From: Eledone cirrhosa
Taxonomy: Eukaryota
Assembly (NCBI GenBank): GCA_964016885.1
Contig: OZ024742.1
Location: 278,814,001 to 278,878,000 of the forward strand
Direction of reading: 5' to 3'
Length of the DNA: 64,000 nucleotides
Part shown: in pieces, positions 45,155-59,061 of the stretch
How positions within the stretch are numbered: position 1 is the stretch's first letter
Layout: every line of letters starts with the position of its first letter
Notes under the pieces: generated by a model
What the model was told of the DNA's origin: nothing
Database searches by the model: none
The model's input: only the letters and a program-made list of their open reading frames with translations
Position numbers and translations under genes: made by a program

Positions 45155-45251
45155 GAGGTTGGTAATGGCACATGGAATATATAAGAAACAGAATACTTTT
45201 TTGTGAAAAAACATATAATTTTATAAGGTAAGGAAAGAATAAAGGGTATAA

Positions 45252-45299
45252 AAAATGACCGGTTTCGATGGGTCTGCAAAAGCCATTTTTTCAAATGTT
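45252..45299 (-). ncRNA. Hammerhead motif with U3-A8 core
   Basis: Minus strand: aacat-TTGAAAA-aatgg...ccatc-GAAA-ccgg-TC-atttt; one mismatch in stem I. Confidence 0.55.
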
Positions 45300-45704
45300 G
45301 AAACTCTTCTTATTATTAATTTTTCTTAATATTAATCAACCTCAATTTTCTCTATAACCTTCGTTTTGTGTAGAAACTTACACTTTTCATATATATATGT
45401 ATATATATATAAAGGATAACAAAATATCGTTATAGGTAATCCAGTTAGGGGTTGTGAATATTTCTTATCATGAATAGTTTTATCGTACGGCATTGTTTGA
45501 CTCATCAAGAGGTTTACGTAGATGACGAGTTTATGATTTCACTTGTATTCCTATGTAAGTTTATCTTGGAGTAATAACATTGAAAAAGTGGGGATAAACC
45601 GGTCAACAGTACAAAACATGGGATCTATTTACAGTGAAACAATTGTTAGACTTTAAATAAATCCCCATATTTGAACTGTTGACCATGTTATTCTCCACTT
45701 TTTC

Positions 45705-45770
<66 letters not shown>

Positions 45771-45963
45771 CAAAGATGGTGTGATAAGAAACCAGGTGGA
45801 CGATAACATACCAGAGTGCTGAATACTTAGGGTAGTAGAGTGGGTAATAGGAAAAGAGTCAGGACACCGACGGCTGAGCTCAGGTCGTTTCGACAGCTAG
45901 ATCAGAACTCGGATATAGCTGTCGAAACGCCCGGAGCTCAGCCGTCGGTGTCCTAACGCTTTT

Positions 45964-46041
<78 letters not shown>

Positions 46042-46339
46042 GGTGTGGTTGTGTATGTATGTGTGTATGGGTGTGTGTGTATATATATATATAGAGGCTG
46101 TCCCCCAAAAGTGTAGTTGAAATACATATATATGTATTTTTGGGACATCCTGAATATTCAAAGTCTATTATAGGTTTTGGATAATTGACTACTTCTAAGT
46201 GGCCGTGTGACAACAGTAACTGCTAAGTTTATGCAACTCTAGCGATCAGTCACCTAGGCCCAGCAGAACAATACAATATAAAAAAAAGATATCTGCTGAT
46301 TTACTTGTTAACATTATTGCTATAGAAGTGGTGGATTGG

Positions 46340-46741
46340 TTGGTGGTGGATTGGCAGTATCGGTAGAAGGCCGGACGCCATGCTTTACAGCATAGTTACG
46401 TCCCTTTACGATCTGTGTTCAAATCCTGCCGAGGTTGACTTTGCCTTTCATCATTACGGGGTCGATAAAATAAAGTACCAGTAATGAACTGGATAATTGC
46501 TGGCCTTGTGCCTAAAGTAGAAACAATTATTGCTATAGAAGTGGTTGATTGGCAGTTTTGGTAGAGGGTCAGACGCCATGCTTTGCAGCACAGTTACGTC
46601 CCTTGAAGGACTGAGTTCAATTTCCGCCAAGGTTAACTTTGCCTTTCATCCTTACAGGGTCGATAAAATAAAGTACCAGTAATGTACTGGATAATTGCTG
46701 GCCTTGTGCCAAAAGTAGAAACAAGTATTGCTATAGAAGTG
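46340..46741 (+). mobile_element. SINE dimer
   Basis: Two full copies separated and flanked by tattgctatagaagtg. Confidence 0.85.
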
Positions 46742-47122
46742 CATTATGCATTTACTTAGTTATATATAGTTATATACAGACAAGTATTGTTGAAACTGTT
46801 TCTTGTCCATGTAAATGATATTTCCGGAGGATTTGTTTTAATTCTCTCTCCGATTTCTACACGTTGTGTACGCCCTCTGAGCAAAGCCCTTTCAAAATGG
46901 AATTAATAATTGCCGCCCCATTTATCATTGAATGTTGATCGGGCCATTCAGGAATTATCGACTCATGTTGTTGTTGGGCAAGTGGGATAATGGTAAATTT
47001 ATATTTCATATATGTGTCTATGTAAGCATGTATGTATGTAATGTATGTATGTTAGCACGTATGTATATGTATATATATATATAAATATACATATAAATAT
47101 ATACATAAATACACACACAGAC

Positions 47123-47166
<44 letters not shown>

Positions 47167-47628
47167 AGGGTTCAATCGGGGATGACGACAGTATGTAAGC
47201 TACTCAATACATAGTAGATTATATACAAGATTTAATATAGAAATGGCTTTTACAGGACACGAACAGTTTCAAACGAAGGTAACCCTGATGATTTCCTTCG
47301 AATGAAACATTTCTAGTCCCGTAGAAGCCATTTATATATATACTAACATTAATGCCCGGCGTGGCTCGGGGTCATTAAGTTACCAAAGTTAGGTTGCACC
47401 ACCCATTTTATGGCAGCACTTTTTTGTCTGCCAGGCACTGGGTGAATGAATTGCAGACCTGGAAGCATGAGCTGCGCCAGCAGTGACAATTGTAGTTTCG
47501 CCTATGGATATTATCTCTGTGCAAAAAAGTGTTGAAATGTATTGTTTCACAGTACTTGCGCAACACGCGCGTAGACGATGCCAGCCGAACAACAGAGCTG
47601 CGATGGAGTTGTTCTGCATGGTTGTCTG

Positions 47629-47836
47629 TGTGTTTTCTAAATTTAAGACAGTAGGGAGGGTTGTGATATGAGGGAGAGTTAGCTGTTGTTTCTAGCAGGT
47701 TTAGTGACCTCATAGAGGATATGTGTTTTCTAAATTTAAGACAGTAGGGAGTGGTGTGATATGGGGGAGAGTTAGCTGCTGTTTCTAGCAGGTTTAGTGA
47801 CCTCATAGAAGATATGTTTTCTAAATTTAAGACAGT
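47629..47836. repeat. ~79 bp tandem repeat (2.5 copies) downstream of a possible minus-strand Helitron terminus at ~47342-47371
   Basis: tgttttctaaatttaagacagta three times. Confidence 0.75.
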
Positions 47837-48029
47837 ATATCGTGTGACGTCAGGAACTAAACAGACCAATCTCTATCTAACTTTCTCTATACATCTCACT
47901 TCCTCTTTTTAATTACGTCGGCTCTTCATATGAGTTTCTATTCCCCCCCTCTCTCTCTCTCTCTCTCCATGTCTCTGTCTCTCTCCCTCTATCTATCTCA
48001 CTCATATACCTCTTTCCCTTTTATCTGTA

Positions 48030-48064
<35 letters not shown>

Positions 48065-48071
48065 CTATATC

Positions 48072-48177
<106 letters not shown>

Positions 48178-48342
48178 TGTGTGTGTGTGTGTGTGTGGAT
48201 TGAGAGGCACGATAACGAGTTACTGATAACGAGTGTTATGCATATATATATGTAAGTTATATAATTATTTATGTATATACATATATATGAATACGTACCG
48301 TCGCACAGACAGATACACACACACACACACACACACATATAT

Positions 48343-48428
<86 letters not shown>

Positions 48429-48683
48429 GTGATGTTGACGGACGTGAGACTGGGTAGTCAATACTGAAATGGAATTTGAACATGCTTTTGCGATGAGACT
48501 TTATATTCTTGAATTTGATCTGTCTACTAACAGCGTCATTAAACAAGACTTGTCTAATGATCCACTGAGTACACACGCGAAACTCAAAGATTACAACACT
48601 GATCACTTAGTTAGAATAAATATATATGTGCAAACTACACAAGTAGTATACATACATATTTTCGTAATTCTTGTATAATTTCA

Positions 48684-48752
<69 letters not shown>

Positions 48753-48939
48753 TACATGCATATATATATATACATGCATACATACATAGTTACATATATT
48801 CATACACACATGCACATATACACACACATATAAATATGTATACATATATATATATATATCTGTAAGATTATATATGTATGTGTAAACATACATACACACT
48901 CACACTCATATATATATATATTAATACCCACATGTATAC

Positions 48940-49068
<129 letters not shown>

Positions 49069-49577
49069 AGAGAGAGATATAGAGAGAGGGGGAGAGTGGG
49101 GGGAGAGGGGGATGAAAGAGAGGGAGAGAAACGCACACCACACATAATACGAAAGCAAGATTATAAGTTCGGAAGACGAGATTATTGCCGTCTGGCGAGA
49201 GGAAAATATGGATGAACTGTACGCTCTAAGGTTACTAACTAACGACTTCTCACCATCCATAAGATAAGAACAGTTTTGCCCTATACATATCTAGTTACAA
49301 CAGCCTCTCAGACACCATACACCAAACGCCATGCAGCTCTAGCTTATCGTATTTCCAACTAATGCATTGCTTTTCATCGTTTAATCCGTTAATCCGTTTA
49401 ATCCGGCAATCTCACTTCGCGTCAACAAGGGTGTTCCGTTTATCAATGAAACGTCTGTTTTTGCTATACACGGAATCAATTTCATTTCTTTTTTCGCCAT
49501 CTTTGCAAAATTAGATTCATCTGGGTAGTGACTGTGTTGGCACCAATACCATTTATTTCCTTCCTTTCAACATCCTC

Positions 49578-49881
49578 CGCCTTCTGTTCTCTCCTTACCA
49601 TAATCACCATCATCGTCATCATCGACGTCATCACTATCATCACCATGATCATCGCTATCACCACAATCATCATCATCATTATCATCATCCTCATCATCAT
49701 CATCGTCATCATCATCGTCATCGTCATCATCATCATCATCATTATATTCATCATCATCATCATAATCAATCATCATCATTAACACCACCATCACCATCAT
49801 CATCATCACCATCGCCATCATCATCATCATCGTCGTCGTCATCACCATCATCGTCGTTATCATCATCACCATCATCATCAC

Positions 49882-49916
<35 letters not shown>

Positions 49917-50022
49917 CAATCATCATCGTCATCGCCATCATCGTCGTCATCGTCATCATCGTCATCATCATCATCACCATCAGCCACATCGTCATCATAA
50001 CCATCATCACCATCATTGTCAC

Positions 50023-50054
<32 letters not shown>

Positions 50055-50260
50055 CCATCATCATCACCATCATCATCACCATTATGACCATCACCACCGC
50101 CATCATCATCACCATCATCATCACCACCATCACCACCGCCATCATCACCATCATCATCATCATCATCATCACCACCACCATCATCATCACCATCATCACC
50201 ACCACCATCGTCATCATTATCATCATCATCATCATCATCATCATCACCATCATCGACCAC

Positions 50261-50305
<45 letters not shown>

Positions 50306-50306
50306 T
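49578..50306. repeat. Degenerate (ATC)n trinucleotide repeat
   Basis: catcatcat/cac/cgt run. Confidence 0.95.
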
Positions 50307-50633
50307 ATCAAGACTATCGTCTCCAGCGCCACACTCCTCTCCTACCGTCATCAAAACAACTACCATTGCAATCAACATACATTGATTCACTACGACTAAC
50401 ATTCTTTTCCTCCTCCTACTCCACCTCCTACTACTACCCCCCCCCCCCCCCCCTCCTTCTCCTCCGCATCATCATCATCATTTCTCTATTTTTATACGAC
50501 ATATTATTATCAATTCAATCATAGTCAATTCAACAAATCAAACACTTGTGGAAAATGTAGACACCATGGGAATAAAGTAATACAATCTGTTTATTAATAC
50601 CTCCATATACACGCATATATATATATGTATATA

Positions 50634-50684
<51 letters not shown>

Positions 50685-50834
50685 ATATATATATGTGAGA
50701 ACATAATTACTATTTTATACACATACATACAAACATCATTATACATACACATACCATTAAGCATACATACGTACAACATTTTTTATTTTTTAGATAGGTA
50801 GATAGATATATACACATATATATATATATGTATT

Positions 50835-50917
<83 letters not shown>

Positions 50918-51521
50918 GGTGGTGTATGTGTGTGTGTGTGAAGATAAGGGAGTTTTCAATTTACGTCTGTAAAATCTTATTTGTGGAATGATTATGTAAG
51001 TATTAGTGAAAGAAACGCTTACCAGATATTTTTTCTGAAAGTGGTTAATGAAATCCTATGATATAATTTTCTAAATGTTAAATCCTCGAGTCTGGTAAAA
51101 ATGTCAAGTTTTGTGGAGTAAATCTGTTTAAATTATTGTATTAGGAAAAAGCAGGCAATTGAGGAAAAAATTGAAAAGAGATTTATAATTCTCTCTCAGT
51201 TAATGACATTTGTTGCATCAGTAGTATCACAAATACTCGAATTCCATTGTCTACTATACACTTCACATTCAGCTCCACCGATACAACAACAACATGTATG
51301 CCTAAAAATACTTATTATTTTATTATTTCCTTATTCTCTGATGATTTGCCAATGAGAAACCTATTGCGTGTAAGTGAATAGAAAAAAACATGAGTCTTCA
51401 GCTCTCGTAGATGATTATGGAATCGGTGAAGAATCACGTGGTAGATTATTTAATGAAATAAATCTCTCTTCAGATTTTTCCTCATTGCTTAACTATTTAC
51501 TATTTTTTCTAACACAATAAT

Positions 51522-51706
51522 TGTTTCTACTTTAGGCACAAGGCCAGCAATTATCCAGTGCATTACTGGTACTTAATTTTATCGACCCCGTAAGGATGAA
51601 AGGCAAAGTCAACGTCAGCGGGATTTGAACTCAGATCGTAAAGGGACGTAACTATGCTGGAAAGCATGGCGTCCGAACCTCTACCGATACTGCGAACCCA
51701 CCGCCC
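51522..51706 (-). mobile_element. Full-length tRNA-derived SINE with 17 bp TSD
   Basis: ttttctaacacaataat at 51505-51521 and 51707-51723. Confidence 0.9.
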
Positions 51707-51792
51707 TTTTCTAACACAATAATGAATACTACATACATACAAAGAAGTATATATACATACATACATGTACTTCCCTTATGAAGACGATATTA

Positions 51793-52547
51793 ATATAGTA
51801 ATAAGGACACCCCCACAAGAGAGTACTAGCAAATATGATTTAGAATGTAACACAATGGAAAGCATCCAGCAGATAGCTAATTCCATACACCAGCGTTTAA
51901 CTGTAACTTTCGACTACCCTTCCAAACACCGTAACAGTAGACTACCTGTATTAGACACGGAACTCTGGATTAACACAATAGACGAGAGGGCCCACATTCT
52001 CCACTCACACTACACTAAACCCATGGCCTACAAATACCTGATACTCAAAAACTCAGCAATGTCCAGTAGTGCTAAGTTTAATATTCTGATCGCAGACTTG
52101 GTACTAGTGATGAAGAACGTGCCCGCATGTGCGACCCAACAAAAAAGGAAAGACATCGAACACTTCCTCAACCGCATGCAGTTCTCTGGCTACAACCAAA
52201 GAGACTGATTCAGAGAATACGAAGGAGACACGGAGAAGTATAAGACCCTCATAGAACTGGACATGAAAGGAATTTGCCCATTATACAGGAGCAAATCATG
52301 GAATAGCTTAGATAGGACAAGACATAAGATAGGGAAAGCCACCTCATGGTACGACAGCCAGAGATACCAGAGTGTCTTGTTCGTGGACGCTACCCCTGGA
52401 CGGAAATTAGCTAACCAGTGTAGAAAGGCCATGAGAAAGACCCACTTAAAGATTAAGGTGGTAGAAAAGCTAGGAACTACCATAAAATCCCTGATCAGCA
52501 AAACAAACTCTTTTAAGAAAACCCACTGTACTAATAGGAAATGTATT
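51793..52547 (+). pseudogene. Penelope-like element RT C-terminal/linker fragment
   Basis: FDYPS..RLPVLDTELW, YTKPM, MQFSGY, GICPLYRS..W, SVLFVDATPG, IKVVEKLG...CTNRKC; one in-frame TGA at 52206 joins two track ORFs. Confidence 0.78.
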
Positions 52548-52549
52548 AT

Positions 52550-53644
52550 AAGTATATATTACACAAAGAGAAGTGTGTTACACAGTGAGAAGTGTGTAAA
52601 GAATTATTACAAGTGATTTTACCGTTATTGTATAGGGAACAATATCTACAGGTTAGCAATTAAATAGAAAAAAACCAATTCAGAATCAAATCTCTGGATT
52701 AGAGTTTTAAATCACAAACCTTATAACTATATTTTGCTGATACGAATCTCGCTTCGTTTCACCACCTATATGTGAAGTATCAGGTAACAGGATCCACAGT
52801 CAGCAAATGCGAACACTGAACACTACACATCTAACCTCATGGATAGAGAGATTGCTAATAGACACGCTGGCCAGAGTAGGGCGAAATCACGTGTTATTTG
52901 CATCAAATAACGGGTCTCATGGATTGGGGAAGATGCTATAAAGTGCAGCCCAACCATTCGAATTTATTAGCTCAACAATGTGGAGCTCATTAAGTATACA
53001 AAGATCGGAATTAAGAGTATTCCGCAGTTCATTGTAATAATAATAATATATACTTGCATTTGAGCTAAGATGGAAATTCTCTATTCTTCTTTGAGCTAAT
53101 ACTATTATTATTATTATTACAATGAACTGCGGAATACTCTTAATTCCGATCTTTGTATACTTAATGAGCTCCAAATTGTTGAGCTAATAAATTCGAATGG
53201 TTGGGCTGCACTTTCTAGCTTCTTTCCCAATCCACGAGAGCCGTTATTTGATGCAAATAACACGTGATTTCGCCCTACTCTGGCCAGCGTGTCTATTAGC
53301 AATCTCTCTATCCACGAGGTTAGATGTGTAGTGTTCAGTGTTCGCATTTGCTGACTGTGGATCCTGTGACCTGATACTTCACATATAGGTGGTGAAACGA
53401 AGCGAGATTCGTATCAGCAAAATATAGTTATAAGGTTTGTGATATAAAACTCTAATCCAGAGATTTGATTCTGAATTGGTTTTTTTCTATTTAATTGCTA
53501 ACCTGTAGATATTGTTCTCTATACAGTAACGGTAAAATCACTTGTAATAATTCTTTACACACTTCTCACTGTGTAACACACTTCTCTTTGTGTAATATAT
53601 ACTTGCATTTGAGCTCAGAAGAAAATTCTCTATTCTTCTTTGAG

Positions 53645-53646
<2 letters not shown>
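52550..53646. repeat. ~490 bp-arm inverted repeat whose spacer duplicates the right-arm tail
   Basis: 52550-53047 is the reverse complement of 53104-53604; aatatatacttgcatttgagct at 53046 and 53594. Confidence 0.92.
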
Positions 53647-53682
<36 letters not shown>

Positions 53683-53700
53683 CTCTGATCACGTCAAAGT

Positions 53701-53758
<58 letters not shown>

Positions 53759-53869
53759 AACCAGTAAGACCCCGGGGTCTTACTGGTTCCTATTACCCAC
53801 TCTACTACCTCAAGTATTGAGTACTTTGGTGCGTTATGGTCCACCTGGTTCCTTACCACATTTCCTTCG

Positions 53870-53925
<56 letters not shown>

Positions 53926-54636
53926 CTCTGATCACGTCAAAGTTGTACTGCCAATCAATTCTAACTAGCCAAGTTCGCGCTATATACAAATGCGCATTTG
54001 CAGGCGATGTTTCCTACTTGCTGTATGCGAATAACGTCTATTTTCCTGTCAGTACCGTTTGAGTGTATGTCACTGAGGAAATTTTAACGCATCTTGACAC
54101 AAGGTTTCTGACAGTGAGACTACCGTATGTTTATTGTAGATAAATATATGGTTTATTCTTTCATGTACCACCCTGGTATGTATGTATGTATGTATATATA
54201 TACTTATAAAAACTAAGTTTGTTTGTTTGTACGTTGACCACGAATAACATAAATACAATTGATAACAATTAAAGTTTTCCGCGTATTTTCAACTAATCTA
54301 ACCTCCGATAGCTCCGCTATCGAATTATATTCCGAAAGCGCAGTGGGGACCGTGATGGGTGATAATTTACTTCTATTTCTAGCACACAGGAACTAACTGC
54401 ACGTCCATCATACTATCTACATATAGAGTGGAAAACACTATTCCTCGCACTCTATCCACCTCTCCCAAACTCTAACTAACAAAAACTTTTCTAGGTGTTC
54501 TTGTAGATATATATATTCTCTCTATGTCTCTCTTTCTCTCACTAAAAGGAAGTGAGGGAGAGGAGATGAAAGAGAGAGAGAAGATAAGACGCACGCACAC
54601 ACACACCCCACACCCCACATACCCGTATATATATAT

Positions 54637-55739
54637 AATACTTATAAAAAGGAAGTGTGTTAATATTTGACCGTTGGTAACACTAGATAAAATTGGTAAT
54701 AATTAAGGTTTTTCATGTGATTTCAACTAATATGATTCCCGACATGCTCGCAATCGACTTTTCTCCAAACAGGGAATGAAGGGTGATGGAGGGGATGGAA
54801 CTTACGAGCCTCTGATATTTCTTCAGTACAAATAAAAAATACGGGAGGGAGGGGGAGCCTCGGAGTTACAGATAAACACCTTTTAGCCGTTTAAATTCAT
54901 AGAAAAGAAAACCTTTGATACTGAAGGTTGTTTTGATCCTTGATCATTTTGTGTTGTAGTGGAAAGCCTTCCAAGTCTAATTAATTAAGTGTTTGCCAAG
55001 AAATTGCTGTGTGAAAGAGTAATTATTGACCCCCAAAATCTCTCACAAACGATTCATGGATGTAGCGAGACCTATAAATCTATCAATAAAGTTGAATGTC
55101 TTAACAGTCTAGCACCAGCCAGTATGCTGCCACACAACGTTGAATTGAAGAAAGGCACAGTCACTGTGCTTCACAGAAACATGGATCAGCCGAGGTTGTA
55201 CAATGGAACGCGTGTGATTGTAATTAAACTAGAGCCTCACATTATTGAAGCCAAAATCCCTATTGGATGTTGTCATCGATTCATCGCCTTTATGCAGAGA
55301 ATGTTGCTAATACCAACAGATGTTCCCTTTTGTTTCAAACGATTACAAAATCCCAGTGACAGTCAGTTACGCAATGGCTATCAACAAGTCCCATGGTCAA
55401 ACACTGCACGCTCTCGGTCTCCATCTAGAAGAGGGCTATTTCTTAAAAGGTCAATTATATGTAGGTTATATGCTCCTAAGAAAAACGTTACAAGCATTGT
55501 ATATACTGAAGTTCTATACATTCTTTATAATTTTCGTAGAATACATTTTTCTATTATTTCCTTTATCACTTTCTGTATTTTGATTTTCTAAATAATTTGG
55601 TATAATTATGTTACGCAATATTTGTATACCATTTAACATTTGTATATCATTTATTCTAAGGATACGACAGATGACAATAGGTGGCTTGTGAATAGAATTG
55701 AGCAAAGTAGAAGCCAGGGCGAAGACTAGGAGACCGTTA

Positions 55740-55741
<2 letters not shown>
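54637..55741 (+). mobile_element. Helitron remnant with PIF1-like helicase C-terminus
   Basis: LHRNMDQPRLYNGTRV, PTDVPFCFKRLQ, YAMAINKSHGQTL, GQLYVG, IVYTEVL. Confidence 0.8.
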
Positions 55742-55786
<45 letters not shown>

Positions 55787-55792
<6 letters not shown>

Positions 55793-56158
55793 ATTAAATA
55801 AATGGAAAACTATATTTATAAAACCATATTTATTTCATTATATATATTTCGGGGATATCATATTAACAATATGCTATGCCTTCATCAGACAAAATACAAT
55901 ATAAACAGTTTTATAGATAAATAGATTCGACATACCGTAATAACACCGACTTCATTTGAAGAGGTTTACGCTGGCGTAAACCTCTTCAAATGAAGTCGGT
56001 GTTATTACGGTATGTCGAATCTATTTATCTATAAAACTGTTTATATTGTATTTTGTCTGATGAAGGCATAGCATATTGTTAATATGATATCCCCGAAATA
56101 TATATAATGAAATAAATATGGTTTTATAAATATAGTTTTCCATTTATTTAATATTGTA
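55787..56158. repeat. Perfect ~185 bp-arm palindrome, 2 nt loop, hammerhead in each arm (55831-55896 minus)
   Basis: Centre tttacgc-tg-gcgtaaa at 55972-55973. Confidence 0.95.
56049..56114 (+). ncRNA. Type I hammerhead ribozyme
   Basis: tattttgt-CTGATGA-aggcatagcatatt gtt aatatgatatcccc-GAAA-tatata-TA-atgaaata, overlapping AATAAA. Confidence 0.82.
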
Positions 56159-56242
56159 AATATACTCCAAATATTTGTCGAGTGCTTTTATATCAGTTAT
56201 AAATATTTACTAGTTGTAACCCAACAATTTTAAATATAACTT

Positions 56243-56293
<51 letters not shown>

Positions 56294-56493
56294 TTACTAT
56301 ATACCCAGTCACTGAAAAGGTCACAGAATGTGTGATGTCAGAGCTTTGACAATATATATACAAACATCAGCTTATCGAACCCACAAATGAACCAATCGGA
56401 AATTTATAATAAATTGAACTGATAACTGGATATTACTGGAATTCTATAAGAATCCAGCTTCTATAATTCTCGGCAAAGGCAGCGTAGTGTGTC

Positions 56494-56537
56494 GTCTTGA
56501 TAAACGCTCACAATCGAGAAACAGACTGTCTGTCGAT
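56494..56537 (+). ncRNA. Hammerhead motif with U3-A8 core (family E relative)
   Basis: gtc-TTGATAA-acgctcacaatcga-GAAA-cagactgtctg-TC-gat, enclosed by tcggcaaa/tttgccga. Confidence 0.62.
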
Positions 56538-56670
56538 CACTCGCTGTTGTTGTTTGCCGAAAATAAGTAAGTGACAGAGTCACTACTTTAAAACTCATGG
56601 CGAATTGTCTTCTAAATATTTTTAATTAAACATACAGTATATTGCCAAATATACTATACGTACATTCATG

Positions 56671-56746
<76 letters not shown>

Positions 56747-57257
56747 TAACAGATTAAAGTTTAAGCAACGAATCGTTGCTTTCACCCTTAACGGGATCTT
56801 CTGAAACTAACAAAGTCAATCTGTGAATGCAGAAGTGAATATTTCAAAAAACGTTGCAACCGGAGGAAGACAGGAAGACGATACTTTGGTTCGTGGAAAC
56901 GTTCCCGTCACAAAACATACAGGTAATATATACTTACCTATGCAAATAAGTAATGGTATAAACATAGCATATACTTAGCTACCACATCAAGACGTAAATA
57001 TCCGCGTATAGATCGTACTATCCGTTAGGGTATAATGTGGGGCTGTATTACAGGAAAGTTTTGTGAATTTATGTTTACAAGCCGAAATTGTCTCAGATAT
57101 TTTGTTTAAGATGTGATCTGTGGCGTAGAGTATTTCCAGGACCCCAGCGGCGCAGAGGTCACATGGTCTTTTATTTCCGTTATACGGTTCTTATATATTT
57201 GATATATATTTATCCTTATCGAGCCCTCTTTGGATTTTAGTCTTCAAATTTTTATTA

Positions 57258-57298
<41 letters not shown>

Positions 57299-57494
57299 AG
57301 TAAGTCAAACATGTTAAATTTGACTTCGTTTATTACAAATTCTCAGAGAATTTATAATAAACGAAGCCAAATTTAACATGTTTGAGTTACTTATTTTACA
57401 TTACTCCGGAGTAAACAGACCAGCCTGCGTACTTCGTCGAGTGTTCCAATCTGCATACTAAGGTATCGCTAAACAACCAACACATACTAACGAA

Positions 57495-57579
<85 letters not shown>

Positions 57580-57586
57580 GTATATA

Positions 57587-57632
<46 letters not shown>

Positions 57633-58012
57633 CGTTACTTTCGCGGCAAGATTGAAAGTGTATTTATGGAAGGAACGCATACTGATAAGCTCACATTCTG
57701 TTGCGTAACAACTGTTAGATGATTTTACGACTTCCATATGTACATTGCAATTCGTAATATACTATTTTGGTACCCCAAGAAACCTTAATCAGCCAAGATC
57801 AGTTGATTCTTTTACCTGTTTACCTGTTGATTTTCCTCGTTGCTGTGGTTAGGTACACCTAGTCGATAATTTCATTGTGTCACCCTTATATATGTGTTAA
57901 CTCTGATCGAGGCATTTATTAACTTTACGGAACAGTGAGTGCTTTCTGACTGCCTCAAGTTGACTGGTGCCTGCCCTGTTACAGCTTTAATATTATATAT
58001 ATATATATATAT

Positions 58013-58043
<31 letters not shown>

Positions 58044-58388
58044 TATATATATATGAGTGGAGAATTTTAACCTGTAGTAGGGATTTAGAACACTTTAAGA
58101 ATTTGTAAAAAGATGAGTATTGACGCACATAGGAATCGAACAGACATATTTGGTTATCCAGACCATTGTGCTACCATTACACCATCGCATCACCCATCTC
58201 TTTCCATTCAAATTAGAAGCTACATTCTTAGCAAGTATAATGGCAAGTATGTTTTGAAACAGCGAGCTAGTTTTTAATTTCGAAACTCATTCTCTGATTC
58301 CTCTAAACCCTACTATCAGGCTAAAACTACGGTGAAAGCTTATATTCCTAATTTCAAAACTCGCTCGCTGTTTCAAAACATACTTACT

Positions 58389-58491
<103 letters not shown>

Positions 58492-58648
58492 AAAACAAAT
58501 AACGAAACGAAATTAAATTTCGTTTCGTTTGTAACTCACTTTTGTATGACTGACGCTTAAACAATTAAGTTAAAAATGTACATACACGTGTGTGTATTCA
58601 TATGCATACTAGTATTTCAGTATACATATGTGGATGTACATTTTTAAC

Positions 58649-58686
<38 letters not shown>

Positions 58687-59029
58687 AGCTGTAACAGGGC
58701 AGGCATCAGTCAACTTGAGGCAGTCAGAAAGCACTCACTGTTCCGTAAAGTTAATAAATGCCTCGATCAGAGTTAACACATATATAAGGGTGACACAGAG
58801 TTAACACATATATAAGGGTGACACAATGAAATTATCGACTAGGTGTACCTAACCACAGCAACGAGGAAAATTAACAGGTAAACATAGGAATCGAACAGAC
58901 ATATTTGGTTATCCAGACCATTGTGCTAACATTACACCATCGCATCACCCATCTCTTTCCATTCAAATTACACAGACACACACACACACAGACACACAGA
59001 CACACACACACACACGCACGCGCGCCGCG

Positions 59030-59061
<32 letters not shown>

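Noticed and set aside
49482-50524. Poly-Asp/Met/His ORFs (also 61507-62004)
   Set aside because: Translations of (ATC)n/(GAT)n repeats with no splice or domain evidence
52206-52208. In-frame TGA in the Penelope-like RT as selenocysteine
   Set aside because: More simply a CGA(Arg)>TGA CpG mutation in a truncated copy; no SECIS identified
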